64,000 nt of DNA from SAR324 cluster bacterium (lineage in GTDB: Bacteria > SAR324 > XYD2-FULL-50-16), in NCBI GenBank assembly GCA_028282825.1, contig JANQGZ010000013.1, forward strand, positions 35,586 through 99,585, read 5' to 3'. Each line of letters starts with the position of its first letter. The stretch's first letter is position 1. Positions 60,913-64,000 of the stretch are shown piece by piece. The notes below the pieces were generated by a model. That model saw only the letters and a list, made by a program, of their open reading frames with translations, searched no databases and was not told the origin of the DNA. Both the position numbers and the translations under genes were made by a program.

Positions 60913-63350
60913 TTAAATCTATCCCACTTGCAAGGCCGGACAGTTCTGCTGTCCGGTTCCCTTCTGAACACATTTGTCTGATTACCGACGATGGTACTTC
61001 ACTGACAGCTAACGTTGCTAAAACCCTCAATCAACTGGGTTGGAGCAAAGTGGTTGTTTTGGAATTTCCTGCTTCCATTGTGCCCCAATCCGGGAGGCCG
61101 GATAACCTTGACAAAGCCGTTCTTTCAGACACCAAGGAAGAAACACTTATTCAGGTGCTTTCTGATACCAAGAAAACATATGGATCGATTGGAGGATTCG
61201 TTCATCTTCATCCGGTAAATGACAAACCATCCGGAATTGATTCTGTCTTTAAGCATTCTGAAAAAGAGATTCTCAAAACGGTCTTTTTCCTGGCCAAACA
61301 TCTCAAAAACGAATTGGTAGAGGCCTCTCAATCCGGCCGCAGCTGTTTTCTATCGCTGACTCGAATGAATGGCAAGTTGGGTTTTGCTGACCCTTCCGCT
61401 TACAGTGTGATCGCAGGTGGACTTTCGGGATTGATAAAAACAGTCCGGATCGAATGGGGTTCTGTTTTTTGCCGGTCTCTTGACTTTGAACCAAAAGCAT
61501 CGCATCAGTTCATCATGAATTCCTTGAAAGATGAACTGGTTGATCCTGATTTGCGATTAACAGAAATTGCTTACTCCACCTCAGGTCGTTCTACCTTATC
61601 GGCTGATGTAGAGAATTTCGACATTGAGCAGATCGCCACCGAAGCTATCGACAGCAGTTCCGTATTCCTGGTAGCAGGTGGTGCAAAAGGCGTAACAGCA
61701 TCTTGTATCAAGCAGCTGGCTCAGCGTTTCCAACCTTCATTTATACTTTTGGGAAGAAGTGATAACTCGATGCCGGAACCGGATTGGAGCCGTGGGGTCG
61801 ATGACGAAACGGAGCTTAAAATGCGTTGCATGGAAGCATTCAAAGCTGAGGGGGAGAAGCCCACACCTGTAAAAATTACCAATCGATTAAAGCCGATTCT
61901 CGCTCAAAGAGAAATCAACCAAACCATTTCCGACCTTCAGGCTGCGGGTTCCACAGTTGAATATTTCAGTGCCGATATTCTGGATACAGCGAGTCTTAAA
62001 AAGAAACTACAGGTAGTAGTAAAAAACCTTGGCAATATTACCGGTATTGTCCATGGCGCTGGCATCTTGGCCGATAAGCTTATCACGGAAAAAACTGAAA
62101 AAGACTATCAAATGGTGTTTGATACCAAAGTCGAAGGCTTGCAGTCTTTGATTCAGGCTGTCGACAATAACAAGTTAAAACATTTGGTATTGTTTTCATC
62201 AGCAGCCGGATTTTACGGCAATGAAGCACAATCAGATTATGCTGTTGCCAACGAGGTCTTGAATAAATTTGCCCATCATTTCAAGCAAAAGCATGCCGGA
62301 TGTCACGTGGTTTCCTTTAATTGGGGACCTTGGGATGGAGGCATGGTAACGCCGCAATTGAAGAGGATGTTTGAAGAAAGAAAGATCAAGGTGATACCAC
62401 CTGAAGTTGGATCATCCATCATGGCGGATGAACTGGCACTCAAAGATAAATCCGCTGTTCAGCTTGTAGTAGGGAGTTCCATGGTAATTCCGAGGGATGC
62501 CGGGTCGGAACTTTGTTCATACAATCTTTCCCGCAACCTGAGCCTGGAAGATAATCCTTTTCTAACTCACCACGTCATAGGCAACGAGCCTGTTTTACCC
62601 ATAATTTGTGCACTTTCCTGGATGGCAGACAGTTGCGAAAAACTGTACCCGGGTTATCAATTTGTCGCTTGCAAAGAAACCAAGGTTTTAAAGGGTATTG
62701 TCTTCAATGAATCCGCACCTCAGGAATATCAGGTTACAATCGATGAGCTGGATAAGTCGGAACCGGGAAGGATTTTGTTTCAGGTTCAAGTATCAAGTGA
62801 AAAAGCCGGCAAAACCGTTTTTCACTACAGTTCGAAAATTCGCCTTGCCCGGAAACATCAGCAACCGCTTTCATTAAACAGCTTCAATTTGAATGATTCA
62901 ACGGTAAAAGCAGGAGCTGATTTCTACTCTGACGGTACCCTCTTTCATGATCCAATTTTCCAGATTGTAACCCGACAACAAAATATTGACAAAAAGCGTT
63001 TAACCCTGGCTTGTCAAGCGCCAAAACTGACTCGTCGTCAAAAAGGCCAATTCCACTCTGATACCTTCAACTCATTTGCCGATGATGTGTTATTGCAGGC
63101 GCTTTTAATTTGGGTTCGCAACAGCTTTCAGGCAGCCAGTTTGCCATTGAGCATTGGCGAAGGAAATCTCTACGCGACTACACCTTTTGATGAGCCGTTT
63201 TTTGTCACCATGGATGTAACTTCAGCATCGGAAAACAAACTGGTAGCAACTGTTTGCAGCCATGATGAACAAGGGAGAGTTTATACTCAATTAAAGAACG
63301 CAGAAGTGATTATCAGCAAAGCCTTGAATGATAAGTTCATGAAAAACTAG
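60876..63350 (+). CDS. PfaA C-terminal KR-DH part, encoded in the -1 frame
   Basis: Frame is open from 60861 with HICLITDDGT upstream of the annotated GTG 61050; GGAKGVT, HGAGILAD, FSSAAG..Y, WGPWDGGM and HVIGNEPVLP (DH). Confidence 0.85.
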   Translation, partial: TSNRQHGIDRRLVKSIPLARPDSSAVRFPSEHICLITDDGTSLTANVAKTLNQLGWSKVVVLEFPASIVPQSGRPDNLDKAVLSDTKEETLIQVLSDTKKTYGSIGGFVHLHPVNDKPSGIDSVFKHSEKEILKTVFFLAKHLKNELVEASQSGRSCFLSLTRMNGKLGFADPSAYSVIAGGLSGLIKTVRIEWGSVFCRSLDFEPKASHQFIMNSLKDELVDPDLRLTEIAYSTSGRSTLSADVENFDIEQIATEAIDSSSVFLVAGGAKGVTASCIKQLAQRFQPSFILLGRSDNSMPEPDWSRGVDDETELKMRCMEAFKAEGEKPTPVKITNRLKPILAQREINQTISDLQAAGSTVEYFSADILDTASLKKKLQVVVKNLGNITGIVHGAGILADKLITEKTEKDYQMVFDTKVEGLQSLIQAVDNNKLKHLVLFSSAAGFYGNEAQSDYAVANEVLNKFAHHFKQKHAGCHVVSFNWGPWDGGMVTPQLKRMFEERKIKVIPPEVGSSIMADELALKDKSAVQLVVGSSMVIPRDAGSELCSYNLSRNLSLEDNPFLTHHVIGNEPVLPIICALSWMADSCEKLYPGYQFVACKETKVLKGIVFNESAPQEYQVTIDELDKSEPGRILFQVQVSSEKAGKTVFHYSSKIRLARKHQQPLSLNSFNLNDSTVKAGADFYSDGTLFHDPIFQIVTRQQNIDKKRLTLACQAPKLTRRQKGQFHSDTFNSFADDVLLQALLIWVRNSFQAASLPLSIGEGNLYATTPFDEPFFVTMDVTSASENKLVATVCSHDEQGRVYTQLKNAEVIISKALNDKFMKN

Positions 63351-63680
63351 GGAACCAGCTATATCGGCAATGAAGAACCCTATTTAGAACTCAGGCTTTT
63401 CTGCTTTTTGGGACGCGAGTACATTGCGTCCATAATCATCTTGTAAGACATTGTTTTTATGAGGTAATGGCACAGAATTACTGCTAGGTTTTCTCATGAC
63501 TTTTCCCTGGTTCCTGTGTTAGGATTGGCTATCACACGGGGAAAAATGTTTATGCAAGCAATCATACAACCTGTAAACCCTTTGTCAGCAGTATGTTACA
63601 GGTATGTTTTTTGCTTTTACATTATCAAGAAGAATTCCCATTAAGATACCCGTACAAAACCCACAAAAAGAGGATACAAC

Positions 63681-64000
63681 GTGAGCGTTGGTAAAATGAC
63701 AGGTCCCAAAAAAGCTGCAATCTTATTGCTGGCTTTAGGAGAAGAAGGGGCTTCTGAAATTTTAAAAAACCTGGAAGATCGTGAAATCCAGCAAGTCGGA
63801 TACTACATGGCCCGGTTTACCGATGTATCTCCTGAGGAATTGGATAATGTATTGGAGGAATTCTATCGGAAAGCCGCTATGCAAGATCAAGGCGTTACCA
63901 TTAATGCCAGTGGTGACTTTGTTAAAAACGCACTGACCAAGGCATTGGGAGATGACAAGGCAAAAACCCTGGTGGATAATCTGCAGTCCTCTGCCGATGA
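63681..64000 (+). CDS. fliG: Flagellar motor switch protein FliG, N-terminal part (runs off the window)
   Basis: GTG behind GAGGA; reads MSVGKMTGPKKAAILLLALGEEGASEILKNLEDREIQ...VLEEF...ALTKALGDDKA. Not in the supplied ORF track. Confidence 0.88.
   Translation, partial: MSVGKMTGPKKAAILLLALGEEGASEILKNLEDREIQQVGYYMARFTDVSPEELDNVLEEFYRKAAMQDQGVTINASGDFVKNALTKALGDDKAKTLVDNLQSSAD

Noticed and set aside
60936-60956. Hairpin as a classical -1 frameshift stimulator
   Set aside because: It is ~59 nt from the A-run, well beyond the usual 5-9 nt spacer.
61050-61052. GTG 61050 as the true start of the KR-DH gene
   Set aside because: PfaA-like sequence extends ~60 codons upstream in frame and there is no evident RBS.

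Overview
Chromosomal window of a bacterium that is probably deltaproteobacteria-like (inferred from gene content only). It is dense in metabolic and housekeeping genes; I found no CRISPR array, rRNA, tRNA or intact mobile element. In order it holds: an M81/P1-peptidase + Dpp-type ABC + ALDH/SDR catabolic cluster; a TAXI-TRAP system with two binding proteins and a CitA/CitB-type two-component system; tag, TetR and a Zn-ADH; a por(gamma-delta-alpha-beta) operon running directly into NuoE/NuoF/truncated-NuoG-like genes (Por-Bfu-like); a porin-like gene behind a ~1.1 kb hairpin-rich non-coding region and flanked by two YkgJ genes; a polar amino-acid ABC transporter; a 1650-aa PPDK-derived protein lacking the pyruvate domain; a second two-component system; housekeeping genes (gap, rpiB, glyA, IMPase, yqgE, ndk); a DnaC/IstB-like ATPase; an isolated PfaA/HglE-like PKS broken by a -1 frameshift at an A10 run; and the start of fliG. 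The best novelty candidates are the large structured RNA upstream of the porin, the A10 frameshift in the PKS, the giant re-purposed dikinase and the Por-Bfu operon.
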